A stretch of DNA of 63,803 bases, the filler included, from an uncultured Ignavibacteriales bacterium (GTDB lineage: Bacteria; Zixibacteria; MSB-5A5; GN15; JAAZOE01): the NCBI GenBank assembly GCA_964611355.1. It is 4 parts of 4 records of this genome, joined end to end, with 100 filler letters (N's around TTAATTAATTAA, not from the genome) between each part and the next. Parts side by side here need not be neighbours in the genome. Positions count along the whole stretch, not along the records: positions 1 to 19,345 come from CAZSYD010000043.1; positions 19,446 to 37,469 come from CAZSYD010000045.1; 2 more parts are not named here. One strand, written 5' to 3'. Numbering within the stretch: position 1 is the stretch's first letter; each line of letters opens with the position of its first letter. The notes beneath the pieces were generated by a model. That model searched no databases. It was not told the origin of the DNA and was given only the letters and a program-made list of their open reading frames with translations. The position numbers were made by a program, and so were the translations under genes. Below are positions 18,698 through 28,176 of this stretch, piece after piece.

Positions 18698-19291
18698 CTA
18701 TTGTCTGATTTTTAATTCCTTCTTGGCATAAATTAGGCGCTGAATCGATGTAATAACCGAACTTACCCCGACGACTATCAAGGCGTAAGTTAAAAAGTCT
18801 TTATCAGGATAGAAATGTTCAAGGACAGCCCCTGCCATAATTAGAATGAATTTTTCCAGCCGCCCCATCATTCCAACCGCGCAGGTTGGCAATTTGCCGA
18901 TTGATTCGGCCGCGGCGCGGGTATACGAGGCAATAAGCATTCCGAAGAGAGCAAAAATGGCCCACAAGGGATGAACCGACCCGGAGACGGCAATTCCGGC
19001 CAGGATAAAAAACTCGCCGTAGCGGTCGGAAACATGATCGAGGATGCCGCCGAAAGCCGTTCCCATATTTCCCGCCCGGGCGGTGGCTCCGTCGAGCACA
19101 TCGGCCAGGGAGGTTAACAGCATGAACACCACCCCCAGGATCATGTCACCCATCCAGAAGAAGATGCCGGAACCGATGGCGCAAACCAGGGAGACACCTG
19201 TCATGAAGTTAGGGGTAAAACCCAGTTTCCGACAGTAAACGCCCAAATGTGTGGAAGTTTCCTCGTATAATTTTCTTCGGCTATAATGCAA
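18698..19291 (-). CDS. CDP-alcohol phosphatidyltransferase (PIP/archaetidylinositol-phosphate synthase-like)
   Basis: TPN..T, DVLDGATAR.......GGILDHVSDR signature and SYTRAAAE..G..VG.MGR.E. Confidence 0.9.
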   Translation of the reverse strand: MHYSRRKLYEETSTHLGVYCRKLGFTPNFMTGVSLVCAIGSGIFFWMGDMILGVVFMLLTSLADVLDGATARAGNMGTAFGGILDHVSDRYGEFFILAGIAVSGSVHPLWAIFALFGMLIASYTRAAAESIGKLPTCAVGMMGRLEKFILIMAGAVLEHFYPDKDFLTYALIVVGVSSVITSIQRLIYAKKELKIRQ

Positions 19292-19345
19292 TAGTTAACC
19301 CGTCAAATAGTCTGCATATCTCTTTCAAACCTTAAAATATAGTCT

Positions 19346-19445
19346 NNNNNNNNNNNNNNNNNNNNNNNNNNNNNNNNNNNNNNNNNNNNTTAATTAATTA
19401 ANNNNNNNNNNNNNNNNNNNNNNNNNNNNNNNNNNNNNNNNNNNN
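19346..19445. other. Artificial contig-joining spacer
   Basis: 44 N + TTAATTAATTAA (stops in all six frames) + 44 N. Confidence 0.98.
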
Positions 19446-19528
19446 ATTTATGGTGATTTATGTTTATACTTTCCACATACCGGGATATCGACAGACAAGT
19501 CTCAATCTCGAATCAGGGAGAATATAAC

Positions 19529-19624
19529 TTGGGGCCCCCAAAAAAATGACAAAACGAACCCAAATTGCCGTATCCCCATGACCGGTATCAGGATACACGA
19601 TATTTTCAGCGTCTGGAGTTGTGG
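19529..19624 (-). repeat. Dispersed repeat, copy 1 (core AATGACAAAACGAACCCAAAT with GGGGCCCC end)
   Basis: The 21-bp core at 19545-19565 is identical to the reverse complement of 55520-55540; flanks are also similar. Confidence 0.8.
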
Positions 19625-19638
19625 ATAACTATTACGGG

Positions 19639-22452
19639 TCAATTCCCTCCGGAGCCGGTTTCGGGTGGGGTTGGAGTAACGTGTGGAGGAGGTTGGGACG
19701 GAAGTTGGGGTGGGATGTTCTGTTTAAGATTATTTAGCTCCTGTTGCATCACGAGTTGGGCCGACCGAATGATGTCGTTGGCCACGGGATCCTCGTCGTG
19801 ATACATCTTGTAGTCGCGGGCGATACGCACCATGTCGGCGGCGCTTCGTTTCTCCGCATAAATAACCAGCAGCGCCCGAAAAGTCTGTGCCTTGTCAATA
19901 TTCATTTCCCAGGCTTTTTCCAGATGTTCCAGCGCCTTGTCCTTTTCACCGAGAGTGTAATAAGCCGTGCCGAGGAACTGATGAAAGAAGATATTGCTCG
20001 GGTTATTATTCAAAAACCCGTGAAGATAAACCAGTATTTCGTCTTTGATTTCCCGCGCACGGGCGGAATCACCGCGCTGCAGGGCGGCGTCGCGCTGGTG
20101 AAGGCGGGTGCGCCAGTAGGTGGGTACAGCCTCGCTGGCCTTGTTAAGAACCGAATCGGCCCTGGCCGAATCCCCACTTTTTTGCAGATATTGACAATAA
20201 TCAAGCATCTTCTCCGGATACGACAGGGCAATGCCGGTGGCGTTTTCATTCTGGGCTACCGTGGTGTCGCCCAGGTTGTCATATCTGTAAACCTTGAAAA
20301 AGAGGCTGTCGGTAATATCTTCGAGATATGATAGTCTGGCTTCATCCCGGCTCAGCTTGAGAATCATGCCTTGCCGATAACACCTGTCCAGCAGCTTGAG
20401 CGGAGAATTGCGGACCTCACCGGAAGCCGAGGAAAAGTAGATAGGGTATTTCCATTTGTTGGTCAGGATAATTTCATCCAGCATCATGGAAGCAACTTTG
20501 AGGAGTTTGCCTTCATACGGCAGCGGGATCAGCCAGGCCTGCCGGTTGCGTGTGCGGTCAAAGAACGGTTTTTTCGGTTTTGCAATGACCTGTCCGTCCG
20601 GTATGGTGTAAGGTTCCCAGAGAATCTGGTCGTCGGACAGAGAGATAGGCACGTCCTGGAAATTCTTCAACTGCCAGCAATACCAGTCGGTGTTCAGAAG
20701 GGAGAAGTTGACGACGCGCACATCCCTGCGAAGACCGTAAATTTCCTGAGCGCACCACACCGGATAAGTGTCGTTATCTCCCGAAGTAAACAAAATCGCG
20801 TTCTCATCGCAGGACGCAAGCAGATTATAGGCGTATATGTAAGGCATGTAATTTCGGGATCTATCGTTGGCAAAGTAATTGGCCCCGGCAGGAATTATGG
20901 GAGTCAGAACCAATATCAATGAGAATGCCACGGCTAATCGATTTGCGTTTGTACCGAGCTTTTTGGTACTCTTGCGGACCAATTCCATTATTCCGCCCAT
21001 GCCGATTCCGATGGCCATGGCGAATAAGATATACGCCGGTGTAAAGAAATAATCGCGGTCGCGGACTTCCTGGTACGCGTCTCCGGTTACTTTGTCAAAA
21101 CGGGTGCCGTCTGCGAAATTCATATATATAACCAAACCCGCGGAGGCGATTATTACAAAGGTTAGAAAAATAAACCCCCAGGCCGGATTTTTATAGGCCA
21201 GAATCGCTAGGCCGAAAAGACCGGCTATCAGGAAAATCGGAAATATTTTTTCGTTCGAATATTGCTCCTTGAAGAACCGCCAGAAACCCATTCGGGCATG
21301 ATCTCCGAACTGGTTTTCCCATGAACCGCGGCGGACAAACATACGTTCGGTCATCGACATGCTGCCGTATTGTTTCCTGTCCAGATAATTTACAAAGGTG
21401 GTAAAACTTCGCGAAGGCGAATTCATATCAAGTGTCGGATGGTGGGCCGAACGGATCGGTATATACGTGTGAACGGAATACCCGGCGATGCCGGCCAGAA
21501 CTATCAACCAGGCCAGCCTCCAGAGGTTCTCACGCTTGACGAACCAGATCAGGAAGGCGATAACAAGCCAGCCGATTACGGCAAAAAGGAATGGGTAAAA
21601 GCCGACCATAACGGGTGATATCGCGGCGAATGAGAGAAGAATCGGCCAGTATATCTTTTTCCTCAGGATAACAACGAGAACGGCAAAGAGAATGGAGGTC
21701 AAAACCAGGAAAAACCTATAATGGACGAAATTACCGGACAGGACAGTAACTAAAAAAAGCTCCAGAATGAAAAACCCCGCTACCGTGCCCCATTCCAATT
21801 TAGTTGTGGTTTCTTTCAAACTAAAGAAGATGGCGACAATCGGAACCACCAGAAATACCGTCATATGGATGCCGATAGACAGCATGGCCAGGAACGAAAC
21901 CAAAAGAACGATCCGTTGGCCGGCCGGTGAGTATCGGTGTTCATGCCATTTCAGTCCCAGCCAGAAAATGGCCAGAAGCAGCATCATTGAAAGGCCATAG
22001 ACTTCAGCTTCGACCGCATTGTTCCAGTTGGTCTGGCTGAAAGCCATAAACAAAGCGCCGATAAATCCGGAAGCGTAAGCGATAATTCGACATAGGCCGT
22101 GGTTATCCGAGGGAGCGTACCAGCTTGATACCAGCCGGACGATTATCAGGTAGGCAAAGAGGGCGGCAAACGCAGAGGAAACTACCGATATCAGATTAAT
22201 CCGGTAGGCGAAATCGCTGCCGATTGGGAGCAGAGCGAAGAACCGACCGATCAAAACAAAAAGCGGAGAGCCGGGGGGATGAGGGACACCCAGGCTGTGA
22301 GCGCAGGCTATGAATTCGCCGCAATCCCAGAAACTTAACGTGGGCGCTACGGTTGCCCTGTAGATGATGAAACTGATCAGAGTAACAACGGCGGCAATTA
22401 TGGCGTTGACTTTGTCAAAATTACCGCCAATTCCTCTGGCGGACTGGTCCAC
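19639..22452 (-). CDS. DUF2723 family polytopic membrane protein (TMEM260-like GT-C glycosyltransferase) with C-terminal TPR
   Basis: APTLSFWDCGEF, GVPHPPG.P, AVEAEVY, EVRDRDYFF and GDNDTYP.W; many TM helices. Confidence 0.9.
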   Translation of the reverse strand: MDQSARGIGGNFDKVNAIIAAVVTLISFIIYRATVAPTLSFWDCGEFIACAHSLGVPHPPGSPLFVLIGRFFALLPIGSDFAYRINLISVVSSAFAALFAYLIIVRLVSSWYAPSDNHGLCRIIAYASGFIGALFMAFSQTNWNNAVEAEVYGLSMMLLLAIFWLGLKWHEHRYSPAGQRIVLLVSFLAMLSIGIHMTVFLVVPIVAIFFSLKETTTKLEWGTVAGFFILELFLVTVLSGNFVHYRFFLVLTSILFAVLVVILRKKIYWPILLSFAAISPVMVGFYPFLFAVIGWLVIAFLIWFVKRENLWRLAWLIVLAGIAGYSVHTYIPIRSAHHPTLDMNSPSRSFTTFVNYLDRKQYGSMSMTERMFVRRGSWENQFGDHARMGFWRFFKEQYSNEKIFPIFLIAGLFGLAILAYKNPAWGFIFLTFVIIASAGLVIYMNFADGTRFDKVTGDAYQEVRDRDYFFTPAYILFAMAIGIGMGGIMELVRKSTKKLGTNANRLAVAFSLILVLTPIIPAGANYFANDRSRNYMPYIYAYNLLASCDENAILFTSGDNDTYPVWCAQEIYGLRRDVRVVNFSLLNTDWYCWQLKNFQDVPISLSDDQILWEPYTIPDGQVIAKPKKPFFDRTRNRQAWLIPLPYEGKLLKVASMMLDEIILTNKWKYPIYFSSASGEVRNSPLKLLDRCYRQGMILKLSRDEARLSYLEDITDSLFFKVYRYDNLGDTTVAQNENATGIALSYPEKMLDYCQYLQKSGDSARADSVLNKASEAVPTYWRTRLHQRDAALQRGDSARAREIKDEILVYLHGFLNNNPSNIFFHQFLGTAYYTLGEKDKALEHLEKAWEMNIDKAQTFRALLVIYAEKRSAADMVRIARDYKMYHDEDPVANDIIRSAQLVMQQELNNLKQNIPPQLPSQPPPHVTPTPPETGSGGN

Positions 22453-22612
22453 TTCGGCCTCCTAAAGAATGGCAAACGGTTCGTCGATAAATTATACGGA
22501 TAATGTCGACGTTTTTTCCATCGTAAAGACCTAAATATATGGTTTCGTCGGCATTGCACAAGCTTTTTTGCCTTGAATTTGCATCACGGTGCAAAATACC
22601 CGGAGGTTTTTC

Positions 22613-22858
22613 ATGTTAATATGGAGTGCCATCCTGTTTATCTTGGGCGTGGCTGCTTTTATGGATTCCCTTTTTAACTATGGTGAAATATTTCGCCAGA
22701 TCAATTCCGTTCTGTTTTTGCTGATTTCGCTCGCGATTCTAATTCGAACCACCACAAAAATGAGAGAGGCGAAAATTGAAGGCTATTTAAAACGCGTGGA
22801 TGATCTGGAACGAAAAATCACTGAGCTGAGCAAGCCTAAGGAAAAATCTCTTTACTGA
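22613..22858 (+). CDS. Small hypothetical membrane protein (2 TM plus coiled coil)
   Basis: GGAGG RBS before the ATG at 22613; two hydrophobic helices and a charged tail. Confidence 0.7.
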   Translation: MLIWSAILFILGVAAFMDSLFNYGEIFRQINSVLFLLISLAILIRTTTKMREAKIEGYLKRVDDLERKITELSKPKEKSLY

Positions 22859-22906
22859 CGCCTATTTCCATTTTTGGCCTGATTTGCCGCCGCGCAGGTC
22901 GGGCTT

Positions 22907-24739
22907 TCATATCTGGTTTATTTCGCTTTCGCCGCGCAGAAGATCCCTGATCTCGGCCGCGAACGGATAGGTGCCGTATTTTTCCAGCAGGTTGCGATAA
23001 AGCGCCAGAGCCCGCTCTTTTGTCTCGCCTTTTAACCATAGTATATCCGCCTTGGATTTCAGGCCAAATGGCAAATAGTACGATTCCGGGTACAGTGCGG
23101 CCAGGCTGTCTATGGCGGCCACGGCTTTGTTGTACCGTTTCTGATTGCAGTACAGGTCGGCTAGATGCAGATACGATCTTGGAGCCAGCGTGGGCAGCCC
23201 GATACGGCAAATTTTTGTCAGGTAATACTCAAGCGAATCGCCGCGTTCGATATAGCGGAAGTATTCCGCCGACGAAAAGAGATCAATATGTTTTGGCGAA
23301 AGTTCTAATGTTTCACGGATAATCAGCGAATACTGAATCGCTTCGTTCACATAAAACCCTCTGGGATGGCTGTTTATCAGCCGGCGAAAATGTTTGGTCG
23401 CTTCTTCGTACTTCTGCTTGAACAGGCAGGCCTGACCCAGCAGGTATTCGGCCTTTTCGGCCAAGTCCTCGGGCATTTCCCTCTGGAGAAGAGAATCATA
23501 ATGAACTATCGCCGAATCGAACTTTTGTTCTTTCACATAGAGGTCAGCCAGCCCGAATCGGGCTTCCGTTCCATACCGCGACCGACCGACGGCCCGAATT
23601 ACTTCTTTTAGATATTTTTTGGCTTTTTCCAAATTGCCAAGGCAGTCTTTGTATAATAAACCAATTCTAAGGCGGGCCTCGGCCTTCTCGGAAGTCCTTT
23701 TGAATCCGTCAAGAATGATGTTGTAGTTATTGAGTGCCTCGTCATATTTTCCCAGGGCCGTACAGGCTTCCGCCATACTGAACCGAGCGTTCAATTCAAA
23801 ACCCGATTCAGGATGTCTATCGATAAGGTAATTACCGGCCTTTAGAACATAACCGTATTTTCTCCTCCGGCTGCATTCCCGCATGAAAAACAAAATTTCT
23901 CCTCCGGTTTTGTCTTCCACGCTGTCCTTTTCCCGGAAAAAGGCATAGGCTTCGTCGTATCGATCCTGCTCCAGCAAAATCCGGCCATACATATTCAGTA
24001 GTTGCGGGTTGTTTGACTGCCGCCTGATTTTTTCGGAGAGGACAGCCATGACGGTATCAACCGATTCCGGGTATTCGATCATGGCGATTATCTTATCGGA
24101 GCCTTCTCTGGCAACCAGCGAGTCGCTATCGATATAGTTGAGATATTCGATTGTCGCCCGGCTGAACATCTTTTGGGCAGCCAAAGCGTCGCCCATCCGT
24201 CCGGCCAGCAGGTACGGATCGTCAAAGATGATTCTTGCCGAATCGATAAACTCCGCTTCAAGCTCATAGTGGCCAAGCTTGTCATAAGACACGGCCATGT
24301 AATCGAGCGCGCCTGCGGCGCCGCCCGAAAGATGCACGGCTTGGAAAAAATAAATGCGCGCCGAGTCGGGATGACCGCTTAGCAAATAAATACGCCCCAT
24401 ATCCCGAAACAGAAGAAAGTCTGGCGGCTCGGACCGTATCCGGTTTTGAAGCAACAGGAGAAGTTTTTCGTAGCTGCCGGTTTTTTCATAACAGGCGGCC
24501 AATAAATCATTCAGGGCCGGATCGTCCTGACTGGTGCTCCGGAGAAGCTCCAGCAGATCGGTCGCCGCGGCGTAGTTGCCCATTTTGATCAGTTGCATGG
24601 CGCGATCAAGTTTGCGTGTTCTGCCGATACGGACTTCGGATTCCTTTTTCGGAGCGTCTCCCGCAATTGCCGATACAACCGGAAGGATCAGCAACATACA
24701 GCAGGTCAAAAGCAGGTATCTGTTACCGGTTTTCAACAT
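22907..24739 (-). CDS. Exported tetratricopeptide-repeat protein
   Basis: Signal peptide from the ATG at 24739 (overlapping the upstream stop); many TPR-like repeats (ARF.MA, YDEAL..Y, YPES.Y). Confidence 0.85.
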   Translation of the reverse strand: MLKTGNRYLLLTCCMLLILPVVSAIAGDAPKKESEVRIGRTRKLDRAMQLIKMGNYAAATDLLELLRSTSQDDPALNDLLAACYEKTGSYEKLLLLLQNRIRSEPPDFLLFRDMGRIYLLSGHPDSARIYFFQAVHLSGGAAGALDYMAVSYDKLGHYELEAEFIDSARIIFDDPYLLAGRMGDALAAQKMFSRATIEYLNYIDSDSLVAREGSDKIIAMIEYPESVDTVMAVLSEKIRRQSNNPQLLNMYGRILLEQDRYDEAYAFFREKDSVEDKTGGEILFFMRECSRRRKYGYVLKAGNYLIDRHPESGFELNARFSMAEACTALGKYDEALNNYNIILDGFKRTSEKAEARLRIGLLYKDCLGNLEKAKKYLKEVIRAVGRSRYGTEARFGLADLYVKEQKFDSAIVHYDSLLQREMPEDLAEKAEYLLGQACLFKQKYEEATKHFRRLINSHPRGFYVNEAIQYSLIIRETLELSPKHIDLFSSAEYFRYIERGDSLEYYLTKICRIGLPTLAPRSYLHLADLYCNQKRYNKAVAAIDSLAALYPESYYLPFGLKSKADILWLKGETKERALALYRNLLEKYGTYPFAAEIRDLLRGESEINQI

Positions 24740-27700
24740 CCTGTGCCATGTTGGATATAGACTTAAAGTAGGCTTTAATATGTTGTTCATACTGCCTTGG
24801 GTAACCTTCCTGAAGGTAACGGTTGAGCCTTTCCTGAAGCGTTTCGGTTGTGTGAACGCCATCATCCTCGAGCGGGCCGGGCGAAGCCCGTAAAATATCC
24901 TCCGCGGTGGCCGCTTTTCGTTCGCGTGTATAATCGCGACGGGTGAGTGATTTTTGCAGGTCAAGCATTCGGGAGTAAACACGCAGTTGACGATTGAGCA
25001 GTTCCTCACCAGCCTGGCCATCGGTGAGCATATCCTCGATATTCCTGATTTTGCTGCTGAGAGCATCCAGCCGTCCCAGGATTTCTCGCCGATGGCCGAA
25101 TTCCGCCTGAAGCTCCTGAAGCGATTTGCGAACCGAGCCCTGTTCGGCGGCCAGTCGTTTAAGCGCGTCTCTCTGGCTGGGGGATGGGTTTTCTCCCGGC
25201 TTGGGGCAGGAACCTTTGGTCTGCTGATTGATCCGGTTCTGTTTTTGGCACATCGACTGGAGTTTCATCCCCATCTTGTTGCAGGAACCGCCCCGATTGC
25301 ATTGCTTCTGATTTTCAAGTCCGTCCAGCAGTCTTATTGATGCCCGGTTGAGATTGTATATCGCATCGCGTTGCTGCTGAAGCGAAGCTCGCGCCCGGCG
25401 TTCCCCCAGGTTGTCGCATGCCCCCGACATCTGCCTTTTACTTTCTTCCAGATATGAATGGATTTCCGCCGATAAAAACGGCGAGTTTTTAGCGAGCCCG
25501 TTTATTCTCTGGCTCAAACCGTTTACGGCTTCCCTGAGAATCTGCTGCTCGACCGCCAGCTCACCCATGGTTGACGAACGAAGGTTTTTCCCCGCGCATT
25601 GGCCGTGCAACTCTTCCTGCTCCTGCGAAAGATAATTGGCGTCATCAATCGCCTGACGCATCAACTTGGCCAGGTTTTCTCCTTCCTGTTCGGCAAGGTC
25701 GTTTATGATCTTGCGCATTTGGTTGACCATCGTGGTCAGTTTCTCCGATGAAGCCTGCCCGTAATCATGAGCGGACTCTTTTTCATTTTGATTCAGAGCC
25801 TGTTCCATTTTAGCCATATCATCTTCGGCTTGGTTTTCCTTCACAATTTCGGGAAAACGCTTGTGTTCCTCGGAATCGCGATAAGGTGATTCCTTTAGCA
25901 GGTCGGTAAGTTCATCCGCTTCGTTCTTCAGGACCTCCATCTGCTTTTGGAGTTGGTGTTCGCGTTGCGCCAGGCGGGAATGATCGTCTTTCGAACGGGA
26001 TTCTTCGGTTTCGACATTAATCCGATTCTGTTCCAGAAGCGTCTCCTCGGCCATGCGCAGCATGGCCGACATCTTTTGCTGAACCTGCATCCGTTTCAGA
26101 AGTTCAACCGAACGTTCCAGACGCTTAAGCATTTCATCTTGGCTGATCTGGAAATCCTTCATAGCCCGCTCCAGATCTTCCGGGCTCATTTGCCGGAGCG
26201 CCTCCTGCATTTTCTTTATCGCTTCTTTCATTTCCGGCGTAGCCACTTCGCTGAACAGTTTTTGCAGTTCTGTCAGCTTCTTGAAGATCTGCTCGGACAG
26301 GAGCTTGTTTTTCTCCATATTTTCGATAGATTCTTTCATTTGGCGGGCCATTTCATCGAGTTGCTCGGATATCTTTTGCTGGCGGTTGACGATATTTTCA
26401 AGCTCTTTCTTTTTTTGCCAGTCAATATTGTCCATATTCCGCATCTCGCGGGTCATATGTTCCAGTTTATCGACCAGTTCCTGCTGTTGACGAAGAATCA
26501 TTTCCGATTCAAGAACGCGCCCCTCTTGCTCCATCTCCGCCTGCATCACGATTTCATCTATGGAAGGCAAGCGGGCCGCATACACGCGCGTGCCGGTAAC
26601 CTTCGGCCCAGAAACCCTATCGTTATCGGCAAGCTCAAAGTGATACAAAATATAATCGGACGGCAGCAGGTTGAATCCTTCCAGGTCCCAGTTAAAGCCG
26701 ACCTCGCCTTCAGTTTTGATTTTTTCCGAATAATTTATGACGGCCACGTTTTCGCCGTCCTTCCGGCCGCCCGATACAATTTGATATTTGAGAAGCAGCG
26801 AACTGAACCCGAAATCATCGGAGATATTAAGTCGGAACGGAATCAGCATGTTTTCGTCGAGATTGACATCGAATCCGGGGAACAGAACATCTATTACGGG
26901 ATATTCATCCGGCACCGCCGTAACCTGATATTCTATCGGATCGGGATTTTCCTCGCCGCCCCTGTCATGTAACCTGATAAAGTAGGAGAAATCATCTTCG
27001 ATAAGAAGGCTTGCTTCGCCGTGCGATCCTTTGAAGGCGACATCTTTTGATAAGGAATCATTAATAACAAGACAACCATTGTCGATTTCTCGATTGGCTT
27101 CGATTTCGATACCTGCCCGGCTGCCGACCAGCGCCGCAAAGGAACCGTTGTTTTCGTCGAGGATCAGCGGTTTGAGATTCGTGTATGACGGATAGCTTAT
27201 CGTCACCTTCAGGTTGGTAATCCGGGGCCGCTCGACAACGTTTATGGCGTATGTTTCCGAACGGACGCCGCCCGCGACAACGTAATAATCAAGCGATCGG
27301 CGAACCTGTTTAAGCGTGATTTTGAATGGGAGCGATTCCCGCCCGATAAGAGAATCTATATTGTCGATTACGGTCGTTTTCGTGCCTTTCAGGTCAAGCC
27401 TTTCAGATTGCCGGCGGCCTTCTGCAAAGCGATAAAGTATTTCGACGTTATCGGGAAATCCGCCTCCGATCAGCGAGCCGCCGATTTCGATATCCGAGTA
27501 TTTCACCCTTTCAGCATTACCGGGGAAAACTTCCAGTCTGAAGCCGGGTGGAGGCGCTACCAGGGCGGTTGGCTGGGAATACACCTCGATGGCATTGGAA
27601 AAGATGCCCGGCGCCAGAAAGCCAAGGATAGTCGCCAGTATGACCACACCCAGACCGGAGCGGAGTTTGACAAAGAGAGGATACCCGGAAACGATTTCGT

Positions 27701-28118
27701 TGAAGTTTATCCCCGAGGTTATTTTGAAAGCCTGCCTGCCGGTCAAATCGATCAGGGCGGACGAGAAATTCGTCTTACTCAGGTCGTAGTCGCGGAATTG
27801 AAGAGCAGCCACCAGGCGGCCTTTAAGCTCGGGATGTTTTTTCTCCACCTCAAGGGCGGCCTTTATGGTTCCTTTCTTCACGCGGAACGGGCCGATTAGA
27901 TAACGGTGAAAAATATAGATCATCCCAGCCAGACCAATAACCATAAGCATAAGCTTGACGGGAACCGGAATAATAAACAAGGCCGCCAGCAAGGATAAAA
28001 GCAACGCCAGCCCCAATGCGGTCGATAACAGCGCCACAATACCGGCCGCAATCAATATGACCTGCTTTCTGAGCGCTGCCCTTTTGAGTCTTTTTTCCAG
28101 TTGCCTTAGCTTGTTCAT
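24723..28118 (-). CDS. DUF4175-like large membrane-anchored protein (TM + beta-rich domains + long coiled coil)
   Basis: N-terminal TMs, P.L.GRL..ALQ, P.Y(T), I.DDFG, ADND..SGPK, Q/E/M-rich coiled coil and C-terminal YP..Y...IKAYF. Confidence 0.8.
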   Translation of the reverse strand: MNKLRQLEKRLKRAALRKQVILIAAGIVALLSTALGLALLLSLLAALFIIPVPVKLMLMVIGLAGMIYIFHRYLIGPFRVKKGTIKAALEVEKKHPELKGRLVAALQFRDYDLSKTNFSSALIDLTGRQAFKITSGINFNEIVSGYPLFVKLRSGLGVVILATILGFLAPGIFSNAIEVYSQPTALVAPPPGFRLEVFPGNAERVKYSDIEIGGSLIGGGFPDNVEILYRFAEGRRQSERLDLKGTKTTVIDNIDSLIGRESLPFKITLKQVRRSLDYYVVAGGVRSETYAINVVERPRITNLKVTISYPSYTNLKPLILDENNGSFAALVGSRAGIEIEANREIDNGCLVINDSLSKDVAFKGSHGEASLLIEDDFSYFIRLHDRGGEENPDPIEYQVTAVPDEYPVIDVLFPGFDVNLDENMLIPFRLNISDDFGFSSLLLKYQIVSGGRKDGENVAVINYSEKIKTEGEVGFNWDLEGFNLLPSDYILYHFELADNDRVSGPKVTGTRVYAARLPSIDEIVMQAEMEQEGRVLESEMILRQQQELVDKLEHMTREMRNMDNIDWQKKKELENIVNRQQKISEQLDEMARQMKESIENMEKNKLLSEQIFKKLTELQKLFSEVATPEMKEAIKKMQEALRQMSPEDLERAMKDFQISQDEMLKRLERSVELLKRMQVQQKMSAMLRMAEETLLEQNRINVETEESRSKDDHSRLAQREHQLQKQMEVLKNEADELTDLLKESPYRDSEEHKRFPEIVKENQAEDDMAKMEQALNQNEKESAHDYGQASSEKLTTMVNQMRKIINDLAEQEGENLAKLMRQAIDDANYLSQEQEELHGQCAGKNLRSSTMGELAVEQQILREAVNGLSQRINGLAKNSPFLSAEIHSYLEESKRQMSGACDNLGERRARASLQQQRDAIYNLNRASIRLLDGLENQKQCNRGGSCNKMGMKLQSMCQKQNRINQQTKGSCPKPGENPSPSQRDALKRLAAEQGSVRKSLQELQAEFGHRREILGRLDALSSKIRNIEDMLTDGQAGEELLNRQLRVYSRMLDLQKSLTRRDYTRERKAATAEDILRASPGPLEDDGVHTTETLQERLNRYLQEGYPRQYEQHIKAYFKSISNMAQDVENR

Positions 28119-28176
28119 TTAAAACCTCTTAAAGGCAAGACCTTTATGTTTTTTACGGCAAAGGGTGGGTATAGGT

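Noticed and set aside
19469..19628. DnaA boxes (perfect TGTGGATAA at 19620-19628, near match at 19469-19477) suggesting oriC
   Set aside because: Only two sites, no dnaA/dnaN/gidA context, and one falls at the edge of the dispersed repeat.
24740..25066. N-terminal extension of the TPR ORF (719 aa in the track)
   Set aside because: It lies inside the DUF4175-like gene; a signal-peptide start at 24739 fits better.
25947..26972. Long antisense ORFs (also 53441-54400, 40866-41765, 38038-38868, 15949-16746)
   Set aside because: They are fully opposite well-supported genes and show no recognisable motifs; typical codon-bias shadows.
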